From NCBI GenBank assembly GCA_045636325.1, contig JAZTXH010000011.1, forward strand, positions 9,377 through 73,376: a DNA stretch of 64,000 nt, in the 5' to 3' direction. The translations under genes were made by a program, and so were the position numbers. Source of the DNA: Clostridia bacterium. GTDB taxonomy: Bacteria > Bacillota > Clostridia > UBA1381 > UMGS1253. The notes beneath the pieces were generated by a model. It had not been told where the DNA came from, did not search any database, and worked only from the letters and a program-made list of their open reading frames with translations. Shown piece by piece: positions 38,948 to 48,348 of the stretch (positions are counted from its first letter, which is position 1; every line of letters starts with the position of its first letter).

Positions 38948-40261
38948 TTATAACCTCCAGTAAACAAAGCCTTTTTCTTCGGCTTCTTTTTTATCGTAAA
39001 TACCTTTAACATCAATTAAAATCTTGTTTTCATCTTTAAACATCTTTTCAAATTGACACAAACTTATTTCCTTAAATTCTTTATGCCCAACCGCAACCAC
39101 TAAAGCATCAACGCTGCAAACCTCATCTAAACCGACTATTTCAATTCCGTAAAGACGCTTAGCTTCTTCTTTATCTGCCGCCGGGTCACAAACAACAGGA
39201 TTAATTCCGTATTCATTAAGCTCGTTTACTATATCTATAACCTTTGTGTTTCTTGTATCAGGGCAATCTTCTTTAAATGTAAAACCCAAAACCGCAACCT
39301 TTGCGCTTGTTACATTTTTATCTGCTGCAATAATCTTTTTAACAACATTTTCAGCAACATATTTGCCCATATCGTCATTTATTCTTCTGCCGGTCAGAAT
39401 TATCTGTGAATGGTACCCCATTCTTTCCGCCTTATATGTAAGATAATAAGGGTCAACACCTATACAATGACCTCCTACAAGACCGGGTCTGAAAGGCAGA
39501 AAATTCCACTTTGTGCCCGCTGCCTCCAAAACGGCTTTTGTATCTATCCCCATTTTGTTGAATATAATTGAAAGCTCATTCATAAAAGCAATATTTATAT
39601 CACGCTGGCTGTTTTCAATAACCTTTGCCGCTTCGGCAACTTTTATGCTTTCTGCCCTGTGCACACCGGCGTCAACCACTATTTCATAAACCTTTGCAAC
39701 TGTATCAAGTGTTTCTTCGTCCATACCTGAAACAATTTTTACTATAGTTTCTAAACGATGCACTTTGTCACCGGGATTTATTCTTTCGGGCGAATAACCG
39801 ATTTTAAAATCCACACCGCATTTTAAACCGCTTTCTTCTTCAAGAATCGGCACACATACCTCTTCTGTAACACCGGGATATACCGTTGATTCATATACAA
39901 CAATGCTTCCCTTGGTAAGATTTCTGCCTAAAATTTTACTTGCACCAACAACGGGTGAAAGGTCAGGTGTTTTATCATCGTTTACAGGTGTTGGCACTGC
40001 CACAATGTGAAATTTTGCCTCTTTAAGTTTATTTTCATCACTTGTAAACTCTACCTTACAGCTTTTTATACCCTCGCTTCCGATTTCATTTGTAGGGTCA
40101 ATACCGCTTTTGTAAAGCCTGATTTTTTCCTTGTTAATATCAAAGCCTATAACGCCTACCTTTTTTGAAAATGCAACCGCAATGGGCATACCAACATACC
40201 CAAGGCCCACTAAAGATATTTTTTCTTCACCCGAAAGTATTTTTTCATACAAATTATTCAT
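38948..40261 (-). CDS. UDP-N-acetyl-hexosamine 6-dehydrogenase (TviB/WbpO/CapL-like nucleotide-sugar dehydrogenase)
   Basis: 437 aa. N-terminal [17 protein letters not shown] Rossmann and catalytic GGHCIGVDP. The substrate assignment rests on the paired epimerase. Confidence 0.75.
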   Translation of the reverse strand: MNNLYEKILSGEEKISLVGLGYVGMPIAVAFSKKVGVIGFDINKEKIRLYKSGIDPTNEIGSEGIKSCKVEFTSDENKLKEAKFHIVAVPTPVNDDKTPDLSPVVGASKILGRNLTKGSIVVYESTVYPGVTEEVCVPILEEESGLKCGVDFKIGYSPERINPGDKVHRLETIVKIVSGMDEETLDTVAKVYEIVVDAGVHRAESIKVAEAAKVIENSQRDINIAFMNELSIIFNKMGIDTKAVLEAAGTKWNFLPFRPGLVGGHCIGVDPYYLTYKAERMGYHSQIILTGRRINDDMGKYVAENVVKKIIAADKNVTSAKVAVLGFTFKEDCPDTRNTKVIDIVNELNEYGINPVVCDPAADKEEAKRLYGIEIVGLDEVCSVDALVVAVGHKEFKEISLCQFEKMFKDENKILIDVKGIYDKKEAEEKGFVYWRL

Positions 40262-40263
40262 TT

Positions 40264-41379
40264 CTATTCCACCTCACAAATTTTCATTATTTTACACATT
40301 TTTTCATTAACAGAAAAAACATCAAATTTTTCTTTGCAGTACTCATAACTTTTTTCACCCATTTTTACAATACTTTCCTTATCTTTGCAAAACTTTATCA
40401 TAGCATCAGCCAATTTTTTGTAATCACCAACAGGCACCAGATAACCGTTTTCTCCATCTTTTACTGTTTCTCTGCAGCCATTGGTATCTGTTGTTATAAT
40501 GCTTCTTGCCATTGCCATTGCCTCAAGCACCGTTCTTGGTGTGCCTTCCCTATACGATGGCAACACATATACGCTGCACATTTCATAATATGGTCTCACA
40601 TCACTCGTTTCATCAAAAAGAGTAATAATACCTCTGCTTATATAATCCTTTACAAAGCTTTCCGGGACAGCATCCTGCATTTCGTATTCAAATTTTCCCA
40701 ACAAATAAAAATTTACTTCAGGATGCATCTCTTTTACACATTCTGCCGCCTTTAAATACTCTGCAACTCCTTTGCTCTTAAGAAGCCTTGACAGCATAAA
40801 AAACGAAGTGTTTTCGGGGTAAGGCTTTGGTATGAATTTTTCCATATTGACCCCTGAACCATTTACCACATGGCATTTCTTTTTTGAAACAAGTTTTTTT
40901 TCGCAAAACTCATTTAAATCATCACTGTTCTGAAAAATTGCAGAATTAACACACAAAAAAGCTATTTTATACAGCATCTTAACAATAATACCAAGCATTT
41001 TTGCCTTTACTGTTTTTGAAGTAAATGTATATCCCCCACCTGTAACCATACTGTTAATATTTTTTACACCTGCAAGCTTTGCCGCTAATGCTCCGTATGT
41101 AACGGGTTTAACAGTATATCCAAGTGTTATGTCAGGCTTTTCCTTCTTCATCAGCTTAAATAAGTTTAAGCAATATTTCAAATCGCCAATAATGCTTGTA
41201 CCCGTTTTATTCATCGGTATTTTTTCAAATCTTGCTCCGAGCTCAAGAATTTTTTCAACATTATCTTCATCGGGTCCTGTTACTATAACCTCATACCCTG
41301 ATGCAATAATTTTTTTTATTAAATCACCTCTGAAATTATACACTGTACGATTTTTCGGAGATATAAGTAAAAATTTCAT
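40264..41379 (-). CDS. Family 4 glycosyltransferase
   Basis: 371 aa. [32 protein letters not shown]-terminus and [25 protein letters not shown]-terminal motif. Confidence 0.8.
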   Translation of the reverse strand: MKFLLISPKNRTVYNFRGDLIKKIIASGYEVIVTGPDEDNVEKILELGARFEKIPMNKTGTSIIGDLKYCLNLFKLMKKEKPDITLGYTVKPVTYGALAAKLAGVKNINSMVTGGGYTFTSKTVKAKMLGIIVKMLYKIAFLCVNSAIFQNSDDLNEFCEKKLVSKKKCHVVNGSGVNMEKFIPKPYPENTSFFMLSRLLKSKGVAEYLKAAECVKEMHPEVNFYLLGKFEYEMQDAVPESFVKDYISRGIITLFDETSDVRPYYEMCSVYVLPSYREGTPRTVLEAMAMARSIITTDTNGCRETVKDGENGYLVPVGDYKKLADAMIKFCKDKESIVKMGEKSYEYCKEKFDVFSVNEKMCKIMKICEVE

Positions 41380-41382
41380 ATC

Positions 41383-42285
41383 TTATCTTTTCCATCCCTT
41401 CAGATTTTTCAAAATAAGTTCAAATAATCTTTCGTTGTTTCCCTCACCCACAAAAGAATTATGGGGTGTCAAAATAACATTTTCCATATCCCAAAGCATT
41501 GACTTTTCACTAAGCGGTTCTTCTTCAAAAACATCAAGAACAGCGCCGTAAAGCTTTTTTTGCTCTAAAACTTTTATAATTGCATTTGTATCCACAATTC
41601 CGCCCCTGGCAATATTAACCAAAATTGCATCCTTTTTTAAACCACTGATTGTATCTTCATTTAAAAGATGCTTTGTATCTTCTGTAAGAGGCAATGTCAA
41701 CACCACAATATCCGCACTTTTCAAAGCCATACCCATCTTGTCAAGTAAAAAAACTTCCTTATACCAAGGCTTGTCTATATTTAAAACATCAATGCCAAAC
41801 ACACTACATCCAAAAGCAGAAAACCGCTTTGCGCATTCATCGCCCACACTTCCGCAGCCTGCAATCAAAACATTTTTGCCTGAAAGCTCAAGTAAGCCGC
41901 GATGCTTTTCCCATTTATGCTTTTTTTGATTATCAAAAAAAAATCTTACCTGTTTATAGAGCTGTAAAACACCGCTTACGGCAAATTCTGCCATAGGAAT
42001 ACTATATACCCCACGGGCACTGTTTATAACTATCCCTTTACTTTTTATATATTCAAGCGGTACTCTGTCAAGTCCCGCACTTGTTAATTGTATATACTTT
42101 AAATTCACAAAATCCTTTATATCATTATGCAAAAACAAGCCGTTGCACAAAACTGCATCATAAATTTCACACAAACTTACTCTTTCTCTTTCGTCTGCGT
42201 GAAAATACACTTCAAAACCAAGCTCTTTTATTTTTTCAATCTGTTTTTCTGAAGCATTATATGCTCCTGTTATCAAAATTTTCAT
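41383..42285 (-). CDS. D-isomer-specific 2-hydroxyacid dehydrogenase
   Basis: 300 aa. GKNVLIAGCGSVGDECAKRF (GxGxxG) and LVNIARGGIVD...LDVFEEEPL...TPHNS catalytic region. Confidence 0.85.
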   Translation of the reverse strand: MKILITGAYNASEKQIEKIKELGFEVYFHADERERVSLCEIYDAVLCNGLFLHNDIKDFVNLKYIQLTSAGLDRVPLEYIKSKGIVINSARGVYSIPMAEFAVSGVLQLYKQVRFFFDNQKKHKWEKHRGLLELSGKNVLIAGCGSVGDECAKRFSAFGCSVFGIDVLNIDKPWYKEVFLLDKMGMALKSADIVVLTLPLTEDTKHLLNEDTISGLKKDAILVNIARGGIVDTNAIIKVLEQKKLYGAVLDVFEEEPLSEKSMLWDMENVILTPHNSFVGEGNNERLFELILKNLKGWKR

Positions 42286-42308
42286 ATTTATGACTTTCTT
42301 TCAATATT

Positions 42309-43151
42309 TTATTGCCTTTTTTCAATAATCTTTTTTATCACTTCTACCTTTTCTTTTAAAACACAAACATTGCTTTGAAAATATTCACTGTCATTTTCTT
42401 TTATATGTCCAAAAACTTCATCTTCATATTCCCTTAAATCACGAAGTCCTGATTTAAAAATTCTTCCAACCTCATTAATATCTCCGATTTGTTCATAGTT
42501 ACAAAAACTTCTTGATAAAATAACTGCACCTGAGCCAAGTCTGTAATGTTCTTTTAAAATTACTTCAGCAGGCAGCATACCCGTTCCCACTGCGGCAATT
42601 CCGCCAAACCCGAATGGAATATTTTTTGCTTTAAATTTTTCTGCCAAAGCTTCAACCATGCCTTCTGCCAAAAGTTCAAACATAAACTTCTTTTTATACC
42701 CAAGACTTAAATCGTTAAGACCGATAAAAACCTCATCAATTCCATCAATTTCAATAATTTCTTCTACCGCTTCTGCCGCTTGAGGTGTTTCAAAAAGCAG
42801 ACAGGTTTTCGCTCTTCCGTTAACACATTTTATAAATTCTTTTACTTCATCTGTTGTTTTAAAATAAGGAAGCATAATAACATCTGCTCCGCAGTTTATA
42901 ACCGTATCAATTTCTTCTTTTAATCCCGGATAAACAGGATTACTTCGCACCAATAACTCAACATCTTTTAAGCTGCTTCTTATATTTTTTATATCGGAAA
43001 AGCTGTGCTGAGACTGCACCGTATTCATACCGCCCTGCCGCTCTTGCTTGCCGATTTTTTCAAGGTCAATAAATATTCTGTCTACCCCGTTTTCGAAAGC
43101 AATTTTCGCCACAGACACATCATTTGTTATGTACATCAATTTTAAAGGCAT
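42309..43151 (-). CDS. TIM-barrel aldolase-like protein (HpcH/HpaI / citrate-lyase-beta-like, tentative)
   Basis: 280 aa. DRIFIDLEKIGKQERQ and ...IMLPYFKT..EV... alternating beta/alpha pattern. The family call is by eye and weak. Confidence 0.4.
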   Translation of the reverse strand: MPLKLMYITNDVSVAKIAFENGVDRIFIDLEKIGKQERQGGMNTVQSQHSFSDIKNIRSSLKDVELLVRSNPVYPGLKEEIDTVINCGADVIMLPYFKTTDEVKEFIKCVNGRAKTCLLFETPQAAEAVEEIIEIDGIDEVFIGLNDLSLGYKKKFMFELLAEGMVEALAEKFKAKNIPFGFGGIAAVGTGMLPAEVILKEHYRLGSGAVILSRSFCNYEQIGDINEVGRIFKSGLRDLREYEDEVFGHIKENDSEYFQSNVCVLKEKVEVIKKIIEKRQ

Positions 43152-43161
43152 TTAAATCCAC

Positions 43162-43779
43162 TCACTTTAACACTGCATCTTTTTTTACCGCTGTTTCCTC
43201 TTTGTTTTCATTATCCGCATTGGACAAAACCTTAAATATAGTTGTGAAAAATATTTTTAAATCCACTTTAGGTGATACATTATCAACATACCACACATTA
43301 AGCTCAATTCTTTTATTCCACTCAACATCTTTTCTGCCATGAACCTGTGCCCATCCGGTTATGCCGGGACGCACGTCAAACATTCTTCTCTGCTCTGCAG
43401 AATATTCTTTAAATTCCCATGGATGATATGTAAGCGGCGGTCGGGGCCCTATTAAAGCCATATCACCTTTTAATATGTTTACAAGCTGTGGTAATTCATC
43501 TGCACTGCTTGCTCGCAAAAACTTTCCCATTCGTGTTACACGCTTATCACCTTTACCGGAATAAACGCCTTGTTTTTCTGCATCCACACACATTGAGCGG
43601 AATTTATACATTTCAAAAACCTTGCCCTTTAATCCGAGTCGCTTTTGTTTAAACAAAACAGGTCCTTTTGAATCAATTTTTATTAAAATTGCCAAAATAA
43701 TAAAAACGGGCGATAAAACTATTATTCCAATTAATGAAATCGTAAAATCAATCGCTCTCTTTATATAATTACGATACAC
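43162..43779 (-). CDS. Small monotopic phosphoglycosyl transferase (bacterial sugar transferase, PglC/WbaP C-domain type), priming enzyme
   Basis: KRAIDF..., single N-terminal hydrophobic helix, DELPQL and RPGITGWAQV motifs. GTG 43779 lies 7 nt after GGAGGG; the ORF track extends to 43794. Confidence 0.9.
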   Translation of the reverse strand: MYRNYIKRAIDFTISLIGIIVLSPVFIILAILIKIDSKGPVLFKQKRLGLKGKVFEMYKFRSMCVDAEKQGVYSGKGDKRVTRMGKFLRASSADELPQLVNILKGDMALIGPRPPLTYHPWEFKEYSAEQRRMFDVRPGITGWAQVHGRKDVEWNKRIELNVWYVDNVSPKVDLKIFFTTIFKVLSNADNENKEETAVKKDAVLK

Positions 43780-43827
43780 AAAAAATCCCTCCAAAAAATT
43801 TCTCGTGAATATAACATACCATTTGTA

Positions 43828-43856
43828 ATTATATCACAATAAAAAATTAAATACAA
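43828..43856 (-). promoter_or_regulatory. Sigma-A-type promoter of the polysaccharide operon
   Basis: The minus strand reads TTGTAT - 17 nt - TATAAT with TGa extended -10 (TGATATAAT), about 45 nt upstream of the priming transferase start. Confidence 0.55.
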
Positions 43857-43966
43857 GTGTTTTTATTCACTTTTTTGCTAAAAAGCAAACTTTTATTTAT
43901 CTTTTTGAGAACTTTTCTACAAAAAACTACATTAATTTTGTATTTTTCTTTCTTATTCATAATTTC

Positions 43967-43995
43967 TTGACATTCTTTTTTGTAGTGTATATAAT
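43967..43995 (+). promoter_or_regulatory. Sigma-A-type promoter of hydE-tcdA
   Basis: TTGACA (43967-43972) - 17 nt - TATAAT (43990-43995). Confidence 0.6.
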
Positions 43996-44027
43996 ATTAT
44001 CCATAAACACGAAAGGATTAAACTTGC

Positions 44028-45065
44028 ATGACCGAACGCGAAATTATACAAAAACTTCACATAAATAAAGATTTAAACGATGATGAATTTATTTATCTTC
44101 TTAAATCCGATTATGAAAACGATTTTCTTTTTAAAACAGCCGACGAAGTGCGCCGCAATATTTATTCAGATAGCGTGTATATACGTGGTCTGATAGAAAT
44201 ATCAAATTATTGTAAAAATAACTGTTACTATTGCGGCATAAGATACGCAAACAAAAATCTTGACAGATACAGACTTTCAAAGGAAAATATTCTTTATTGT
44301 TGCAGTGAAGGATATTCCCTCGGTTTTCGCACCTTTGTGCTACAGGGCGGTGAAGATAACCACTTTACTGACGAATTGATATGCGATATTGTAAGCAGTA
44401 TAAAGACAAATCATCCTGACTGTGCAGTTACCCTGTCTCTTGGCGAAAAATCAAAAGAAAGCTACTCTTTATATAAAAATTCAGGAGCTGACCGTTATCT
44501 GCTTCGCCACGAAACTGCAACAGATTCACATTACAAAAAATTACACCCAGAATCAATGAGTCTTGAAAACCGCAAAAAGTGTCTTTTCAATTTAAAAGTC
44601 CTTGATTTTCAGATAGGCAGCGGTTTTATGGTTGGATCTCCTTTTCAGACATATGAAAACATTGTTTCCGATTTAAGATTTTTAAAAGAGCTTGCGCCTG
44701 ATATGATTGGAATAGGGCCATATCTTCCCCATAACGACACTCCCTTTAAAGACAAAAGTAAAGGAAGTCTTACCTTAACTTTAAAGCTTATTTCCATTTT
44801 GCGCCTTATGTTCCCATATGCTCTTATTCCTGCAACCACCGCACTTGGTACAATACACGAAAACGGACGTGAAATGGGGCTTAAGGCAGGCGCAAACGTT
44901 GTTATGCCAAATTTATCACCCACTGATGTAAGAAAACTTTATGCTCTCTACGAAAATAAAATAGCTACAAACGAAGAATCTGCACAAAGTCTTAATCTGT
45001 TAAAAGAAAAGGTTGAAAATGCAGGCTATAAAGTTGTATGTGACATTGGCCATGTTAAGAAATGA
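44028..45065 (+). CDS. hydE: [FeFe] hydrogenase maturase HydE (radical SAM)
   Basis: 345 aa. IEISNYCKNNCYYCGIR (CxxxCxxC), VLQGGED, TLSLGE, DRYLLRHET, GSGFMVG, ATTALGT and GANVVMPNL closely follow the HydE pattern. Confidence 0.85.
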   Translation: MTEREIIQKLHINKDLNDDEFIYLLKSDYENDFLFKTADEVRRNIYSDSVYIRGLIEISNYCKNNCYYCGIRYANKNLDRYRLSKENILYCCSEGYSLGFRTFVLQGGEDNHFTDELICDIVSSIKTNHPDCAVTLSLGEKSKESYSLYKNSGADRYLLRHETATDSHYKKLHPESMSLENRKKCLFNLKVLDFQIGSGFMVGSPFQTYENIVSDLRFLKELAPDMIGIGPYLPHNDTPFKDKSKGSLTLTLKLISILRLMFPYALIPATTALGTIHENGREMGLKAGANVVMPNLSPTDVRKLYALYENKIATNEESAQSLNLLKEKVENAGYKVVCDIGHVKK

Positions 45066-45074
45066 GGTAAAAAT

Positions 45075-45773
45075 ATGTTTTCAAGAACTAAAATGCTCTT
45101 CGGCACTGATGCAATAGAAAAACTTAAAAATTCAAGAGTTGCAGTTTTTGGCTGCGGAGGTGTGGGCGGCTATGTTATCGAAGCTTTAGCAAGGGGCGGT
45201 ATCGGAACAATTGACCTTGTTGATAATGATAAAGTATCGCTTTCAAACATTAACCGTCAAATTCTTGCAACTACACTTACTGTCGGCAAAGATAAAACAT
45301 CAGTCGCCGCAGAGCGGATAAAACAAATCAATCCTGATATAACGGTGTTTGAACACAATATATTTTTTATGCCCGACACATCACATATTTTTAATTTTTC
45401 AAATTACGATTACGTGGTTGACGCTATTGACACCGTAACGGGTAAAATCGAGCTTATAATACAGGCAAACAAGGCAAGCGTTCCTATAATAAGCAGTATG
45501 GGTACAGGAAACAAAACAGACCCCACTTTATTTGAAATTGCAGATATTTACAAAACAAGTGTCTGCCCGCTGGCTAAAATAATGCGCTATGAGTTAAAGA
45601 AAAGAAATATAAAAAGTCTTAAGGTTGTTTATTCAAAAGAAATACCTCAAAAACCTTTATTTCAGAACGAAACTGCCCCATCAGGGCGTAATACTCCTGC
45701 AAGTTGCTCTTTTGTTCCTCCTGTTGCAGGACTTATAATTGCAGGAGAGGTTATAAAAGATTTATTAAAATAA
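45075..45773 (+). CDS. tcdA: tRNA threonylcarbamoyladenosine dehydratase (ThiF/E1-like)
   Basis: 232 aa. VAVFGCGGVGGYVIEALARGGIGTIDLVDNDKVSLSNINRQ. Confidence 0.8.
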   Translation: MFSRTKMLFGTDAIEKLKNSRVAVFGCGGVGGYVIEALARGGIGTIDLVDNDKVSLSNINRQILATTLTVGKDKTSVAAERIKQINPDITVFEHNIFFMPDTSHIFNFSNYDYVVDAIDTVTGKIELIIQANKASVPIISSMGTGNKTDPTLFEIADIYKTSVCPLAKIMRYELKKRNIKSLKVVYSKEIPQKPLFQNETAPSGRNTPASCSFVPPVAGLIIAGEVIKDLLK

Positions 45774-45792
45774 TTATATTTTGCGAACTGAT

Positions 45793-45837
45793 AAAAAAAG
45801 CAATTCCCTGTTAACAAGAAAAGGAATTGCTTTTTTT
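45793..45837. terminator. Bidirectional terminator between tcdA and copA
   Basis: aaaaaaagcaattcc ... ggaattgcttttttt. Confidence 0.7.
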
Positions 45838-45840
45838 GAT

Positions 45841-48348
45841 TTAATTATTCACTTTATACCCTTGCACTTCTACTGCATTTTTTAACACCTCAAAAGATAT
45901 TTCTTTTTCGGTAATAACCCGTGCACCATTTTCTTCATGGCTTACAATAGCTTCTTTGACACCGTCAATTTCTTCAAGACATTTTTTTACTCTTGCCTCG
46001 CAGTGCACACACATCATACCTTCAATTTTCATTACTAATTCCATCTTATTGTCCTCCGTTTTTTCTTGTGCTTTATCTTTTATTTTAACCTTTTTATCTT
46101 TCTTATGGCCTTTTATATCTAAAAAATTCAACCTCAAAGCATTACTTACCACAAAAAAACTTGAAAGGCTCATTGCAGCCGCCGCAAACATAGGATTAAG
46201 CGTTATATTAAAAGCGTATAGTGCACCTGCAGCTATCGGAATACCGCAAATATTGTATAAAAAAGCCCAGAACAAGTTCTCATAAATATTTTTAAGGCTG
46301 GCGCGACTGAGTCTTATTGCCGCAGATACATCCGTAAGGCTGTTTTTTACAAGAACAATCTGTGCTGAGTCAATAGCTATATGACTTCCTGCTCCTATTG
46401 CAACACCAATATCCGCTTCCGTAAGTGCAGGCGCATCATTAATTCCGTCACCTACCATCAAAACTTTGCCGTCCTTTTTAAGCTCTTTTATTTTGGCTGC
46501 CTTATCTTTTGGCATAACATTTGCAAAAACCTCATCTATACCTGCCATATTCGCAACACAGTCCGCACTTTTTCCATTGTCACCCGTTATCATAACCACC
46601 CTTATGCCCATATTTTTAAGTTCTTTAACTGCTTTTGCACTGTCATGCTTAATCTCATCCGCCACTGCAATTATACCAAATACTTCATTTTCATCGGCAA
46701 AAACAAGCGGTGTTTTACCTTGCCCCGAAAACTCATCTGCCTTTTTTATAAAATCTTCTTTAACATCAGTAACCGTTTTTATAAATTTCAAGCTTCCTCC
46801 ATAAGCTTTACTGCCGTTTAAAACCGCTTCAACACCATTTCCCACAAGTGTTTTAAACTCTCTGCTTTCTTTTGGTTGTATATTTTTTTCCTTCGCTTTT
46901 TTTATAATGGCTTTTGCTAATGGATGCTCGCTTTTTTCTTCAAGAGCATACGCAAGCTCAAGCAAGTTATTCTCACCTATTTTCGGTGCATAAATATCAA
47001 AAACCTTTGGTTCACCTTTTGTAACTGTTCCTGTCTTGTCAAGGACAACCACCTTTGTTTTTCCTGCCTGCTCAAGGGCGGTAGCATTTTTAAATAAAAT
47101 TCCGTTTTTTGCACCTACTCCGTTACCAACCATAATTGTAACCGGAGTGGCAAGCCCCAAGGCGCACGGACAACTTATAACCAAAACACTTATTGCTCTG
47201 GTAAGCGCAAAGCCTACTTCCTTGCCAATTAAAATCCATATTATAAATACAACTACCGCAATTGTTATTACCGTCGGCACAAATATACCTGACACTTTAT
47301 CTGCCGCCTTTGCAACAGGAGGCTTTGTTGCAGCTGAATCACTTACTAATTTTATAATCTGTGCAAGAGTGCCGTCCTTCCCAACGCTTGTGGCACTGCA
47401 TTTTATATACCCAAGCTCATTTATTGTTGCTCCGTAAACACTGTCACCTTCGTTTTTTTCAACCGTAATACTTTCTCCCGTAAGTGCCGATTCATTAACG
47501 GTGCTGTTCCCCTCAATAACAACTCCGTCAACTGGAATACTTTCTCCGGAACGTACAACAAAAACATCTCCGGTTTTTATATTTTTTATATCCGTTTTAA
47601 TTTCTTTTCCTTCTTTTATGACAACTGCTGTTTTTGGTGTCAGCTTCATAAGGGATTTCACCGCATCTGTTGTTTTTCCTTTTGAGCGTGCTTCAAGCAT
47701 TTTTCCTACTGTTATAAGGGTAAGTATCATCGCTGCACCTTCAAAATAAAACTCGTGCATATACATATGTGCTTTACCTTCCTCAGCTGCTGTCATGCAA
47801 AAAAGTGCATACACACTATAGACAAACGATGCTCCCGAACCTATAGAAACCAAACTGTCCATATTAGGTGCACCCTTTAATATACCTTTAAAGCCATTTG
47901 CAAAAAACTTTCCGTTTATTACCATAATTATTGCAGACAAAAGAAACTGCACTATTCCGTTTGCAATATAATTATTTTCAAAAAATTCAGGCAACGGCCA
48001 GCCCCACATCATATTTCCCATGGAAAAATACATTAAAATCAAAAGAAATACCAAAGAAGTCGCAAGCCTTGTTTTAAGCACCTTTATTTCATCATCAAAT
48101 GAAACGTTGCTTTCTTCACTTTTTTCCTGATTTTCTTCATTTTTAGCCCTTGCACCGTATCCTGCATTTTCAACTGCTTTTATTATATCGCTGTCAGGCG
48201 CACTTCCTACTATATCCATTGAATTTGTTAAAAGATTTACGCTGCATTTTTCAACTCCATCTACTGATTTTACTGCCTTTTCAACCCTTGCACTACAAGC
48301 AGCACAGCTCATGCCCGTAATATTAAACTGCCTCACCTTAACTCTCAC
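45841..48348 (-). CDS. copA: Copper-translocating P1B-type ATPase with N- and C-terminal heavy-metal-binding domains
   Basis: 835 aa. N-terminal GMSCAACSARVEK, CPC motif (SCPCALGLATP), DKTGTVT and GDGINDAP, plus a C-terminal HMA domain GMMCVHCEARVKK. The ORF-track start is GTG 48348. GTG 48336, 7 nt after AAGGTGAG, is an equally good start. Confidence 0.95.
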   Translation of the reverse strand: MRVKVRQFNITGMSCAACSARVEKAVKSVDGVEKCSVNLLTNSMDIVGSAPDSDIIKAVENAGYGARAKNEENQEKSEESNVSFDDEIKVLKTRLATSLVFLLILMYFSMGNMMWGWPLPEFFENNYIANGIVQFLLSAIIMVINGKFFANGFKGILKGAPNMDSLVSIGSGASFVYSVYALFCMTAAEEGKAHMYMHEFYFEGAAMILTLITVGKMLEARSKGKTTDAVKSLMKLTPKTAVVIKEGKEIKTDIKNIKTGDVFVVRSGESIPVDGVVIEGNSTVNESALTGESITVEKNEGDSVYGATINELGYIKCSATSVGKDGTLAQIIKLVSDSAATKPPVAKAADKVSGIFVPTVITIAVVVFIIWILIGKEVGFALTRAISVLVISCPCALGLATPVTIMVGNGVGAKNGILFKNATALEQAGKTKVVVLDKTGTVTKGEPKVFDIYAPKIGENNLLELAYALEEKSEHPLAKAIIKKAKEKNIQPKESREFKTLVGNGVEAVLNGSKAYGGSLKFIKTVTDVKEDFIKKADEFSGQGKTPLVFADENEVFGIIAVADEIKHDSAKAVKELKNMGIRVVMITGDNGKSADCVANMAGIDEVFANVMPKDKAAKIKELKKDGKVLMVGDGINDAPALTEADIGVAIGAGSHIAIDSAQIVLVKNSLTDVSAAIRLSRASLKNIYENLFWAFLYNICGIPIAAGALYAFNITLNPMFAAAAMSLSSFFVVSNALRLNFLDIKGHKKDKKVKIKDKAQEKTEDNKMELVMKIEGMMCVHCEARVKKCLEEIDGVKEAIVSHEENGARVITEKEISFEVLKNAVEVQGYKVNN

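Noticed and set aside
40165-40755. 196-aa plus-strand ORF, the longest unexplained ORF in the track
   Set aside because: It lies antisense across the junction of two well-supported minus-strand genes (nucleotide-sugar dehydrogenase and GT4). Its sequence is F/I/H/Y-rich and low in complexity, it has no RBS, and it is a typical shadow ORF of AT-rich coding DNA.
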